Source of the DNA: an uncultured Eubacteriales bacterium
GTDB taxonomy: Bacteria; Bacillota; Clostridia; TANB77; CAG-508
NCBI GenBank assembly: GCA_949288175.1
Contig: CASEIV010000006.1
Span: 77 to 64,076 of the forward strand
Length of the DNA: 64,000 bases
Reading direction: 5' to 3'
Shown: in pieces, positions 20,941 through 30,008 of the stretch
Layout: the number at the start of each line of letters is the position of its first letter
How positions within the stretch are numbered: position 1 is the stretch's first letter
Position numbers and translations under genes: made by a program
The notes under the pieces: model-generated
Databases searched by the model: none
What the model was told of the DNA's origin: nothing
What the model saw: the letters and a program-made list of their open reading frames with translations, nothing else

Positions 20941-21644
20941 TGTAAATATTCAAAATGAATAACTCCTGAATATTTTGGTATCGTAATACTATTTGATTTT
21001 TCTAAATTAACACCTACTCCTTGACCTCTCATCAATTCTAAATATCCGCCTACTCTTTCTAATCCTGCTAAATATTCAGGAAGTCCTATTGCTTTTATAA
21101 CAAATGGTGCCCCTATTCGTTCTCCATTAATATCAATTGTATTTCCTCTACAAGAAATTGCAGTTGTGGATACCCATCTTTGGTCATTGATAGATATTGC
21201 TTCAGCTCCTGCATTAATCAATTCATTGACAACACTTAAAATATCTAAATCATGCACAATTAATTGACTTGGATTTAATGTAGATGTTGCAATTCCTGTT
21301 CCATCTGTTAATGTAATAATCACACCTGGTCCTGTTACTTCTGTCATTCCTGTTAATTTATTTCCTTCTATAATTTGTTGTTGTGCTTGTTCTAACTCCG
21401 AATTATTTTTAGTAGCTTCTTCTCTTTGTCTCTCCAGTTCTTTTTCTGCTTCTTCTAATTCTGCAAAACGATTGTCATATCGTTCTTTATATCTTAATAT
21501 TTCATCTCTTAATTCATTTGCTTCTTGATTCTGACTAATTGTAGAATTTGTACTTTGAATTGTTTTAACTTGTACAACAATTCCTAATGTTAAAGCAAAA
21601 CACATAACTCCTAAAATGATGCTAATTAACTTTTTATTTGGCAT
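20928..21644 (-). CDS. DUF881 family protein (YlxX/YlxW-like)
   Basis: GPGVIITLTDG...NAGAEAISINDQRW signature. It is a paralogue of 20106..20807. Confidence 0.7.
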   Translation of the reverse strand: MPNKKLISIILGVMCFALTLGIVVQVKTIQSTNSTISQNQEANELRDEILRYKERYDNRFAELEEAEKELERQREEATKNNSELEQAQQQIIEGNKLTGMTEVTGPGVIITLTDGTGIATSTLNPSQLIVHDLDILSVVNELINAGAEAISINDQRWVSTTAISCRGNTIDINGERIGAPFVIKAIGLPEYLAGLERVGGYLELMRGQGVGVNLEKSNSITIPKYSGVIHFEYLQMSH

Positions 21645-21723
21645 AGTAAATTTTCATTCCTTGTATACGATATTTAGGTTTTTTTATTAGGTTTTACCTA
21701 TAAACCTTGAATCTTTTTATGTA

Positions 21724-22755
21724 TTATACGTCTTCTCTAAAATATACTCTAAAGTCACTATTCAAGTCTCCATTTGCAAAAATTTCTCCTGCCACATCTT
21801 TTTCTTCTTCTAATATTGCCATAACATATAGCATTTTATTACTTAAATTTGAACCATCTCCCAAATGGATTGTTTTTCTCTCTTCTTGCATATATATAAT
21901 ATAATCATTTTTATTACTGATGTCAATACTTGTAACCTTTTCAGACAATCCAGAATCATTGATTGCATTCATGATTCTTAATATTGTTTCTAATGATGTT
22001 AAATCTACTTCTGCAATTCTATTTCCTACCACAATATTTTCTTCTGCTGTTTGTAATCCATATAGGATTGGTAAATTTAATTCATTCTGTGCAATTTCTA
22101 ATATATATCCTTGTGTGCTCATATATGCAAATTCCCCAAGTACTGGTATACTAAATTTAGGTTCTCTTTCTGTCACTTCTATTTGTACTTTATTTGGTAA
22201 TACTCTTCTAATCTTTGCATCTTCTATATATGCATTTTGTTTCATACTATTAATTGCTTTTGTTGCTATAAATCGAAATATATTCTCGTTCGTACTGATT
22301 CCTGACAAACTAATGACAGTATCACTAGATACTCTATTATTATTTAACACTTCTATGTCTGTTATATTAAAGATTGGTGAACATGTTGCAAACACAATTG
22401 CTCCTATAATAATGCCTAATAACAAAGTAAATTTTACAATTTTTTTGACTCTTTTTATTAAACGATTTCTTTTTCTTTGTTGTTTTGTAAATTCTTTTCT
22501 CTTTTGCTCTTCTTGCTTTATTTTATTTTTATTCGTCATTCCAATAACCGTTTCTGTATCAAAGTCAAACTTATCATCAAAATCTTGTTTCTTTCTTTCT
22601 TCTATTCTTTTTTCTCTTTCCTTTGCTTTTTTTCTTTTCATGTTGTCATCAATTGTTTCATTCTGTTCTTGTCCATTATCAAAATAATATAAATTTACTT
22701 CTTGTTCTTTCTTTACTTTTTGCTTTTTTGACAACTTGATACCTCCTTTTTTCAT
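21724..22755 (-). CDS. divIB: Cell division protein DivIB/FtsQ (POTRA). The start is reassigned to MKKGGIKLS.
   Basis: Lys-rich cytoplasmic tail, then a TM segment, then POTRA/FtsQ-like C-terminal region. The upstream MLRPQNH extension is encoded by the hairpin repeat. Confidence 0.7.
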   Translation of the reverse strand: MKKGGIKLSKKQKVKKEQEVNLYYFDNGQEQNETIDDNMKRKKAKEREKRIEERKKQDFDDKFDFDTETVIGMTNKNKIKQEEQKRKEFTKQQRKRNRLIKRVKKIVKFTLLLGIIIGAIVFATCSPIFNITDIEVLNNNRVSSDTVISLSGISTNENIFRFIATKAINSMKQNAYIEDAKIRRVLPNKVQIEVTEREPKFSIPVLGEFAYMSTQGYILEIAQNELNLPILYGLQTAEENIVVGNRIAEVDLTSLETILRIMNAINDSGLSEKVTSIDISNKNDYIIYMQEERKTIHLGDGSNLSNKMLYVMAILEEEKDVAGEIFANGDLNSDFRVYFREDV

Positions 22756-22774
22756 TTGTTTTTTGCTCCATTGG

Positions 22775-22888
22775 TGATTTTGGGGACGGAGCAAAAAATC
22801 ATCATTGGTGAAAATTAATTTATGATATAATTTTAAGAATTATAGAATATAGAATGATGATTTTTTGCTCCGTCCCCAAAATCATCAT
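22775..22888. repeat. Family 3 hairpin element. Inverted pair of the about 30-nt unit GATGATTTTGGGGACGGAGCAAAAAATCATCAT separated by an about 45-nt loop.
   Basis: Perfect about 31-bp inverted repeat. The same unit occurs in 47828..47970. Confidence 0.7.
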
Positions 22889-24147
22889 CCATTGTAATCT
22901 ATATGCCTTATCATATTTCCATTAATATTTTGTATTTTATTTTCAAAATTGTCATATCCTCTTAATATATACTCAATATTTTCCACTTTTGATTCCCCTT
23001 TTGTGGATAATGCTGCCATAACCAAGGCTGCTCCACCTCTTAAATCTGTTGCTTTTACATTTGCACTATATAGTCTTCTAACTCCTTTTATAATGGCAGT
23101 TCTTCCTTCTACTGTAATCTTAGCTCCCATTCGAACTAATTCTTGTGTATATTTATATCTATTTTCAAATATATTTTCTACAATGACTGATGTTCCTTTG
23201 GCAATCGTTAATGCTGTCGCAAATATAGATTGCATATCTGTTGGGAATCCTGGATATGGCATTGTTTTTATGTCGGTTGCTTTTAATCGCTTTGGTGCAT
23301 TTATCTCTAAGGTATTTTCCTGAACATCTATTTTACAACCGCATTCCTCCAATTTATTGACAATTGGCACAATATGAGAACTATTAATATTTTCTAAAAT
23401 TAAATTTCCATTTGTCATTGCTGCCATACATAAAAATGTGCCTGTTTCAATTCTGTCTGGCATAATGTTGTAACTAATATCTTTTAAATGTTTTACACCA
23501 ATTACTTCAATTTTATTAGATCCTGCTCCTCTTACTTTTGCTCCCATTTTATTTAAAAAGTTTTGTAAATCGATAATTTCTGGTTCTCTTGCTGCATTGG
23601 TAATGATGGTTATTCCTTCTCCTAAGCAACTTGCAAGTATCGCATTTTCAGTGGCTCCGACACTTGGAAATTCAAAGTCTATTTTTTCCCCGTTTATTTT
23701 ATCACAACTGCATGCTATTTTTCCATAGTTTTTGTCAATATTTATTCCTAATTTTTCAAATGCTTTTAAATGTAAGTCGATTGGTCGTGTTCCAATATCA
23801 CATCCCCCTGGATATGATAACGTGCATTTTCTATACTTTCCCAATAAGCTTCCTGCAAAAATCACAGAAGAGCGCATTTGTCTCATTAGTTCTTCTGGTA
23901 TTTCATATTTATGAATGTCTTTCGTGTTAATAATTACTTTATTCTTCTTTTTGGTTACTTTCCCTCCTATTTGTCTTAAGATTTCAAACATCATTTGTGT
24001 GTCATGAATATTAGGTACATTATATAATGTGGTTTCTCCTCCATTTAATATGGTTGCTGCTATAATTGGTAAACTAGAATTTTTCGAACCTGATATTTTT
24101 ACCGTTCCTTCTAGCTTATTTCCCCCTTGTATTATGTAGCTAGACAT
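22885..24147 (-). CDS. murA: UDP-N-acetylglucosamine 1-carboxyvinyltransferase
   Basis: MSSYIIQGGNKLEGTVKISGSKNSSLPIIAA... canonical MurA N-terminus. 420 aa. Confidence 0.9.
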   Translation of the reverse strand: MSSYIIQGGNKLEGTVKISGSKNSSLPIIAATILNGGETTLYNVPNIHDTQMMFEILRQIGGKVTKKKNKVIINTKDIHKYEIPEELMRQMRSSVIFAGSLLGKYRKCTLSYPGGCDIGTRPIDLHLKAFEKLGINIDKNYGKIACSCDKINGEKIDFEFPSVGATENAILASCLGEGITIITNAAREPEIIDLQNFLNKMGAKVRGAGSNKIEVIGVKHLKDISYNIMPDRIETGTFLCMAAMTNGNLILENINSSHIVPIVNKLEECGCKIDVQENTLEINAPKRLKATDIKTMPYPGFPTDMQSIFATALTIAKGTSVIVENIFENRYKYTQELVRMGAKITVEGRTAIIKGVRRLYSANVKATDLRGGAALVMAALSTKGESKVENIEYILRGYDNFENKIQNINGNMIRHIDYNG

Positions 24148-24225
24148 TTTCTTTCCTCCTTTTATGTTTTTGTTATATTTTATGTTTTCTTTACATAAAA
24201 GGTGTGCGTATATGTTCTATTTTTT

Positions 24226-24262
24226 ATGCAAAAAATAAGAATTAGGGTTCACCGCACCTAAT
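24226..24262 (-). terminator. Terminator hairpin (aagaattagg-gttcaccgca-cctaattctt) downstream of the toxin-antitoxin-like pair
   Basis: 10-bp stem followed by a T run on the minus strand. Confidence 0.5.
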
Positions 24263-24368
24263 TCTTAGTTTATATGATACTGCTGACTTAAACAGTACAT
24301 TTACTTTAAAGCTATTATTAGTATACTATATTATACAATCAAAATCAAATAATTTTTTATTTTTAATA

Positions 24369-24599
24369 TTATGCAACCTTTTCTTTATAATTTACAATTG
24401 TTACTTCTGTTGCTAATTGTTTTAATTGATTTACAATTTTTTCAATGTTTTCTGCTGTTTCATCATCAAAGTATTGTTCTCCACATTGAGTGCATACTTT
24501 TGCTGGAACTCCTTTAATAATAATGATTGTATCTTCTAAATCAACTACATAATTTACTTTCTTTTCTTTTAGATTTCCTTTACACATAAAACAATTCAT
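24369..24599 (-). CDS. YgiT-type zinc-finger protein (MqsA-like putative antitoxin). The start is reassigned to MNCFMCKG.
   Basis: CxxC...CxxC (CFMCKG ... CTQCGEQYF) zinc ribbon. The start ATG overlaps the stop of the upstream DUF4258 gene (TAATG). Confidence 0.6.
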   Translation of the reverse strand: MNCFMCKGNLKEKKVNYVVDLEDTIIIIKGVPAKVCTQCGEQYFDDETAENIEKIVNQLKQLATEVTIVNYKEKVA

Positions 24600-24925
24600 T
24601 ATTTTCCCCTCCTTGTTTTCATATCTTCTTCCCATTTATCTGTATTTGGATAATATGCCGTTATCATATGAACAGTGTCTTCACTTACTCCACATACTAT
24701 ATGTATTATCTTATTATTTGTATTATATCCTAATATCAAGCAACTTGGATATGGATAATCATCATAATAATATTCTATTATCTTTCCATTATTAATTGCA
24801 GTTTTCACATCAGATATTAAAATATTTCTTTGATTTAATCTGTTTAAGCAATGTTTTGTCCAATCTATTTTTCTTTTTGCTATATATTCTCTTATAATTT
24901 CAATATTTAACAATTCTTCGTTCAA
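24599..24925 (-). CDS. DUF4258 domain protein (putative toxin of the DUF4258/YgiT pair)
   Basis: WTKHCLNRLNQRNI...IIEYYYDDYPYPSCLILGY...IHIVCGV...ITAYYPNTDKWEE fits the DUF4258 profile. RBS AGGAGGAG. Confidence 0.65.
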   Translation of the reverse strand: MNEELLNIEIIREYIAKRKIDWTKHCLNRLNQRNILISDVKTAINNGKIIEYYYDDYPYPSCLILGYNTNNKIIHIVCGVSEDTVHMITAYYPNTDKWEEDMKTRRGK

Positions 24926-25039
24926 ATTTTCTCCTCCTAATTTATTTTAGCATAAAACACATGATTTATGCAATTATTTTTATTATATTTGTTAAAAACA
25001 TAAGCCCTTTGTAATGCTATTGATGGATCAAAAGTTTCA

Positions 25040-25240
25040 TCAACTTTTTCTTTTTCCTAAATGTGCTAACCATTGTTTTATTGGTTCAGCATTTTTTGAA
25101 GGAATTGATTCTATTATATGAAACATTCCTTCATTATCACATACATCTGTCATACGATATTTTCCATCTTGAGATTTTAATTTCAACTGTCCGATTTTTT
25201 CGGACACTTCAAATCCATCTTTTATTAAATTCTTTTTCAA
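25040..25240 (-). CDS. Possible Bro-N-like (phage antirepressor N-terminal) fragment
   Basis: ...RMTDVCDNEGMFHIIESIPSKNAEPIKQWLA weakly resembles the ...inEsGLYsLI.rSrkpeAk.FkkWv core of Bro-N domains. Only 66 aa. Confidence 0.3.
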   Translation of the reverse strand: MKKNLIKDGFEVSEKIGQLKLKSQDGKYRMTDVCDNEGMFHIIESIPSKNAEPIKQWLAHLGKRKS

Positions 25241-25329
25241 ATCACTCCAATACTTTCTTGGTCTTTTGCTTCCTGATATTACACCAACAATATCTACTAT
25301 ACTAATATAATATTTTTCTTCATCTTTAT

Positions 25330-25470
25330 CCTATATTGTTCTTATTGTTTCATTGTTTTCTGCTGTTTCATCGTCAAAGTATTGTTCTCCACATTGTGTG
25401 CATACTCTTGCTGGAACTCCTTTAATAATAATTGTATCTTCTGAATCTACTACATAATTTACTTTTTTCA
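25330..25470 (-). pseudogene. Degraded duplicate of the C-terminal part of the YgiT-type zinc-finger gene
   Basis: About 85% nucleotide identity to 24455..24570. The translation KKVNYVVDSEDTIIIKGVPARVCTQCGEQYFDDETAENNE is preceded by an in-frame stop, and the N-terminal CxxC region is missing. Confidence 0.55.
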
Positions 25471-25492
25471 ATATTAACTTTCGGCATTAACA

Positions 25493-26092
25493 TTATGTCA
25501 AAAAATTAATATTTACACTTTTTAAATGTGCATATATTTTATTCTTATACATATACACATCAATAGGTATATTTTCATTGAAATTAGTATCATAGTTCTT
25601 CCAATTTGTAGAATCTGATTTTCTATACTTTTTCATAAAATACTTTTCTAATAATCTATATGCATTGTTTGTTGCTAAATGTTCAATCTTATATGTTTTA
25701 TTCTCTACACTTATCAATAAGTAATTTTCTGGTATAAATCCTGTTTTGTAATAAGGCATTTGCCCTGTTGAAAATATATATCCTTGCTTTTTTTCCCCCA
25801 TTTTCATTATTTTATTATTTGCATTCTTTAAATACAAATTCATACAAAATAATATTACATAGAAAAATAATGCGATAATATTTATGCCAAAAAATAGTGT
25901 AATATTAAATAATAATGATTCTTTTGATAAGGATTTATCTAAATATCCAATTATGAGAAACATAACCAAAAGCAGTGTTGATATAATTAGAATGAATTTG
26001 CTACTAGCTTTAATATTGTTATTATTATCATTTACATATTCTAACATTTTAATTCTCCTATCTTTAATTATCTCTTTTTTCATTATTAGCAC
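25493..26092 (-). CDS. Hypothetical membrane protein (2 TM helices plus a cytoplasmic domain)
   Basis: ORF with hydrophobic helices. No recognisable domain. Confidence 0.45.
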   Translation of the reverse strand: MLIMKKEIIKDRRIKMLEYVNDNNNNIKASSKFILIISTLLLVMFLIIGYLDKSLSKESLLFNITLFFGINIIALFFYVILFCMNLYLKNANNKIMKMGEKKQGYIFSTGQMPYYKTGFIPENYLLISVENKTYKIEHLATNNAYRLLEKYFMKKYRKSDSTNWKNYDTNFNENIPIDVYMYKNKIYAHLKSVNINFLT

Positions 26093-26365
26093 CTATCATA
26101 ATTTATCCTCATTTTCATTTTTCAAATAGTTTTTTTGCTCTAAATATGTTATTAATTTATAAAAATGTCTATCACGTACATTTATCTATATCTTTTAATT
26201 ATCTCTCTTATTAATTCCAATTTTATCTCCAAATAATCCAGTATGGATATATTTCTGTATCTGCGATGATATTTTGCACTCAATAGGTCTCTTAATTAAA
26301 AATTTGTCCATTTCTATTTTCATATATATTTTAGCTAAATTTATACATTAATAATTTTACCACCT

Positions 26366-26878
26366 TTATATTTTTTCACTTTGTAACATTTGTTCTAAAT
26401 CGTACAAATCTTTTACTACTGGCATAGTTTTATTTTTTTCTTTATATTTTTTCATATCTGCATCTATAAATACATTCTCTAATGATGGCCATGCATCAGA
26501 TACTACTGCCATTTTATATTTATTTTTTAATCTAGGTATTACTTCTTTAACATCTTCATAAAAAACATATTTACTTGTATTATATATCATATCCTTAGCT
26601 AAATCTTCTATATTATTTATTTGTAATTCTGGCAAATTTTCTGAAACTAATTTGTAAAAATTAGAAAAGTGTATTAGCTCTTCTTCTCTATTTTTTATTA
26701 GTTTTTCATTAAATAAATATTTTTGTGCACTTGAAAAAGCATTATTGATTCTTTCTTTTTCTATTGATAAGAATTTTTCTTTATTAACATATTTAAAAAA
26801 ATTTGGAGATATAAACCAATGCCCTGTTAAAGGTCTATTTAATACCCTACCTGAATCAAATAATATTGATTTTATCAT
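26366..26878 (-). CDS. HAD-superfamily hydrolase
   Basis: N-terminal ILFDSGRVL (DxD-like motif I context) and AVVSDAWPSL motif. Confidence 0.5.
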   Translation of the reverse strand: MIKSILFDSGRVLNRPLTGHWFISPNFFKYVNKEKFLSIEKERINNAFSSAQKYLFNEKLIKNREEELIHFSNFYKLVSENLPELQINNIEDLAKDMIYNTSKYVFYEDVKEVIPRLKNKYKMAVVSDAWPSLENVFIDADMKKYKEKNKTMPVVKDLYDLEQMLQSEKI

Positions 26879-26902
26879 ATAATCATTTTCCTATTCTATT
26901 TC

Positions 26903-27820
26903 TTAATTTACAATCTTTTCTAATATTTCTACTTCACAATTTGTTGCATCTAATCTAATTTTTCCACCAATTGGAATCACTATGTCTTCACAATCATGTC
27001 CAAAATCATCACATTTTAATATCGGAAATTTGTATTCTTTTAAATTGTTCATAACAACATCTTCAAATTTTACAGTTTCTGTATCTCCATGATAATGTCC
27101 TATCCATAGTCCTTTTATTTTATCAAATACTTTATGATATTTTAAGACAGATACATAACAGTCCACTAATTCTAATGGTGTAGAACTAGCATATGCTTCT
27201 AAAAATAGAATTTTATTTGTTACATCTGGCATGTATTCTGTATTTAATAAATTCATTAATGATTTTAAATTTCCTCCAACAATAATTCCTTCCGTCGTAC
27301 CTTCTCTTATACACTTCCATTCAGAATTTTTATGTATCTTTCCTATTTCTCCATCAACTAATCTTCGTTTAAAATCTTGAAATTCAAAACTATTTTTATC
27401 TATAAAAGAAAAACTTTTTACATCTGATTGATGAAATGTAATTAGACCTGTTTTAGCATATATGGCATTTAGATAATTGGTTGCATCACTAATTCCATAG
27501 ACAATTTTGGGATTTTTCTTAATATTTTCATAATCAATTAATCCTAAGCAAGTAAAACTATTTTCTCCTCCTTTTGAAGAAAAAACACCTTTTATGTTTT
27601 TATCAGAGAACATATTATTTATATCTTCTGCTTTTTCCTCTTTCGTTGCAGAATATCCTAATGTGTTTTTATTAACATAGTTTCCTTTTATACTATTAAT
27701 TCCTATTTCTTTTAATAATTCTCTTCCTTTATTTAATGCTTGTTCTCTATCCTCCATAGTTGGTGTTGAAGGAGATACTATTCCTATGGTATCTCCTATT
27801 TTTAATTTATCTGGTATCAT
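26903..27820 (-). CDS. ldcA: LD-carboxypeptidase (peptidase S66, muramoyltetrapeptide carboxypeptidase/MccF-like)
   Basis: KLKIGDTIGIVSPS... and GGxNS-type motifs typical of S66. Confidence 0.65.
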   Translation of the reverse strand: MIPDKLKIGDTIGIVSPSTPTMEDREQALNKGRELLKEIGINSIKGNYVNKNTLGYSATKEEKAEDINNMFSDKNIKGVFSSKGGENSFTCLGLIDYENIKKNPKIVYGISDATNYLNAIYAKTGLITFHQSDVKSFSFIDKNSFEFQDFKRRLVDGEIGKIHKNSEWKCIREGTTEGIIVGGNLKSLMNLLNTEYMPDVTNKILFLEAYASSTPLELVDCYVSVLKYHKVFDKIKGLWIGHYHGDTETVKFEDVVMNNLKEYKFPILKCDDFGHDCEDIVIPIGGKIRLDATNCEVEILEKIVN

Positions 27821-27834
27821 ATAAGCCTCCTAAT

Positions 27835-28224
27835 TTATCTCTCATAATTTGCAACTTCTATCATATTCCCATCTAAATCTAACATCCCAAAACAACTATA
27901 TTTATATGGACTGTCTGGCACATAACTTGGTTCATATAAGATAGTAGCTCCTAAGATTTTGGCCTTTTCAAATGCTTTTTGGATATCTTCTGTATAAATT
28001 CCTAGCACAGCATTGTTTCCTACTACTATATTTTCATCTATTGCTTTTTTATTTAATAAACCAAAATACATACCATTTTGTCCTTCAATTTCAAAATCAG
28101 CCCATCTATCTCCTTCTCTATGTGTTGCCTTTGTATCTAAAAATGTTTCATAAAAATTAACTGCTTTTTCGATATCTTCCACAAAAAAATATATATGGTC
28201 CAATTCTATTTTCATCATTTTCAT
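27835..28224 (-). CDS. VOC/glyoxalase-bleomycin resistance family protein
   Basis: IELDHIYFFVEDIEKAVNFY... VOC fold pattern. Confidence 0.55.
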   Translation of the reverse strand: MKMMKIELDHIYFFVEDIEKAVNFYETFLDTKATHREGDRWADFEIEGQNGMYFGLLNKKAIDENIVVGNNAVLGIYTEDIQKAFEKAKILGATILYEPSYVPDSPYKYSCFGMLDLDGNMIEVANYER

Positions 28225-28240
28225 TCCTTTCTAGACAAAT

Positions 28241-28633
28241 TTATTGTTTCGTTATATACATCTCTGGTAACAATTCTTTTAACTTGCAAACTTTATCTTC
28301 TCTAACCATAACCTCTGTTTCTAGATTTTTATCATCCACCATACGAATCAATTCTCTACAACTTCCGCAAGGAGCATAGATAACACCCTTAGCTGAATAA
28401 GAAACAATCCTTTTTATTTCACTTTCATCATGTTTTATCATTTCAGCAATCGCTGCATATTCTGCACACTTTCCTAATCCACAATTTAAATCTAAACAAA
28501 TTCCTGTATAAATATTTCCTTTTGCTGTCATTAATGCACAACCCACATGACCACAAGATGCATATTCACTTAACTTTTTCTTTATAGCTATCTTCTTTGC
28601 TTCTTCTATCAATTTTTTAAAATCTTCATTCAT
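28241..28633 (-). CDS. cdd: Cytidine/deoxycytidylate deaminase family protein
   Basis: CAEYAAI and PCGSCRE zinc-binding motifs. Confidence 0.7.
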   Translation of the reverse strand: MNEDFKKLIEEAKKIAIKKKLSEYASCGHVGCALMTAKGNIYTGICLDLNCGLGKCAEYAAIAEMIKHDESEIKRIVSYSAKGVIYAPCGSCRELIRMVDDKNLETEVMVREDKVCKLKELLPEMYITKQ

Positions 28634-28635
28634 CC

Positions 28636-29457
28636 TTATTCTCCTCTCAAAATATACTTTTCAATGGCATTAGCAACACCATCATGATTATTAGAAGTTG
28701 TTACATCATTTGCAAAACTCTTTACATATTCATTTGCATTTTCCATTGCAATTCCTAACCCCGCAAACTCTAGCATTTCTACATCATTTTCTCCATCTCC
28801 TATTGCCATCACTTCTTCTTGTTTTATATGATATTTTTCCATAACCACTTTGATTGCTTCTGATTTTTTGATTCCTTTTTTTACAATTTCTATATATTCT
28901 GGAACACTACTCGTTATTTCATATTTTTCCACAATTTCTTTTGGAATTTCGTTTCTTTTTTCTATGATAATCTCTGGTTTATCAATAAAACAAATTTTAT
29001 AAATATGATTCTCTTTTTTATTAAAATTCAACTCACTAAAATTTATTATTTCCAAATGCATTCCTTTTAAATTCTTTGTGTTTTTTTGTACAACTTCTGG
29101 TACTTTTTCAACATACTGTGTATATTTCGCATATAACATGATTGGTAAATCTAATGATTTACCCAATTGTATTAATTCATTTACTTCTTGTACATCTAAA
29201 TTTTTAGAATATGCCATTTCTTTTGTTGTATTTTCTACAATCACTCCCCCATTAAAGCAAATGGTGCATTGATTTTCTTTTCTTAAATCTAATGCATCTA
29301 TATATTTCTCTAATCGATAAAATGACCTTCCACTTGAAATCATGATTTTTACACCTTTTTTTGAAGCTTCTTTAATCACTTCTATTGTTTTCTTTGTTAA
29401 TTCTTTTTCATCTGTCACCAATGTTCCATCAAAATCTATCGCTACTAATTTATACAT
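28636..29457 (-). CDS. Cof-type HAD-IIB phosphatase
   Basis: LVAIDFDGTLV...ISSGRS... and GDGENDVEML motifs. Confidence 0.75.
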   Translation of the reverse strand: MYKLVAIDFDGTLVTDEKELTKKTIEVIKEASKKGVKIMISSGRSFYRLEKYIDALDLRKENQCTICFNGGVIVENTTKEMAYSKNLDVQEVNELIQLGKSLDLPIMLYAKYTQYVEKVPEVVQKNTKNLKGMHLEIINFSELNFNKKENHIYKICFIDKPEIIIEKRNEIPKEIVEKYEITSSVPEYIEIVKKGIKKSEAIKVVMEKYHIKQEEVMAIGDGENDVEMLEFAGLGIAMENANEYVKSFANDVTTSNNHDGVANAIEKYILRGE

Positions 29458-29965
29458 TTTCTTTCTCTCCTTCTGCTATCTTTTCTAAAAAATATATACA
29501 CTCTTGTAAACAATCATAATGATAATCTAAAAATAAATTCTTTTCTCTCCAAGTTTTAATTTCTTCTAAACTCATCCATTTTACAGTTTCTACTTCTTCT
29601 TTTTCTAATTTCAAATTTAATATTTCTACCTCTTTTTTTGTATAATAGATATCTACAAAACAATCATATGCTCTTTTAGAAAATACAAATTCTATTTTTT
29701 CTTCTTCTAATTGTAAGCCTAATTCTTCTTGTACTTCTCTTAAAATGGCATGTACACTTTCTTCTCCTGAAATAACATGACCACCTGTTAAAGCCCATTT
29801 TCCATTTTTCTTTTGTGCTCTTTTTTGTATTAGAAATTCTTTTTTATGATTTTCCATACAGATAATAACAATTTGGATATATTTTCCTTCTGTTATCTTG
29901 CTTTCTTCTGTTGTTGTTTCTCCCATTGGTTTTCTGTTTTTGTCTACAAAGTCTCTTTCCTCCAT
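29450..29965 (-). CDS. NUDIX hydrolase. The start is reassigned to MEERDF (GGAGG RBS).
   Basis: NUDIX box GGHVISGEESVHAILREVQEELGL. Confidence 0.7.
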   Translation of the reverse strand: MEERDFVDKNRKPMGETTTEESKITEGKYIQIVIICMENHKKEFLIQKRAQKKNGKWALTGGHVISGEESVHAILREVQEELGLQLEEEKIEFVFSKRAYDCFVDIYYTKKEVEILNLKLEKEEVETVKWMSLEEIKTWREKNLFLDYHYDCLQECIYFLEKIAEGEKENV

Positions 29966-30008
29966 ATTTCCTCCAACTCTTGTTTTTTCACGCATTCTGC
30001 TAGTTTCT

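Noticed and set aside
21920-22687. 255-aa plus-strand ORF antisense to divIB
   Set aside because: It has a low-complexity hydrophobic composition and no RBS. It is fully contained in a well-supported minus-strand gene, which is a typical AT-rich antisense artefact. The same applies to 12382..12813, 15030..15539, 17308..17784, 18202..18756, 48117..48710 and 58633..59085.
26181-26318. 45-aa minus-strand ORF (MKIEMDKFLIKRP...) in the 26.1-26.36 kb spacer
   Set aside because: No RBS and no recognisable similarity. It is too short to support.
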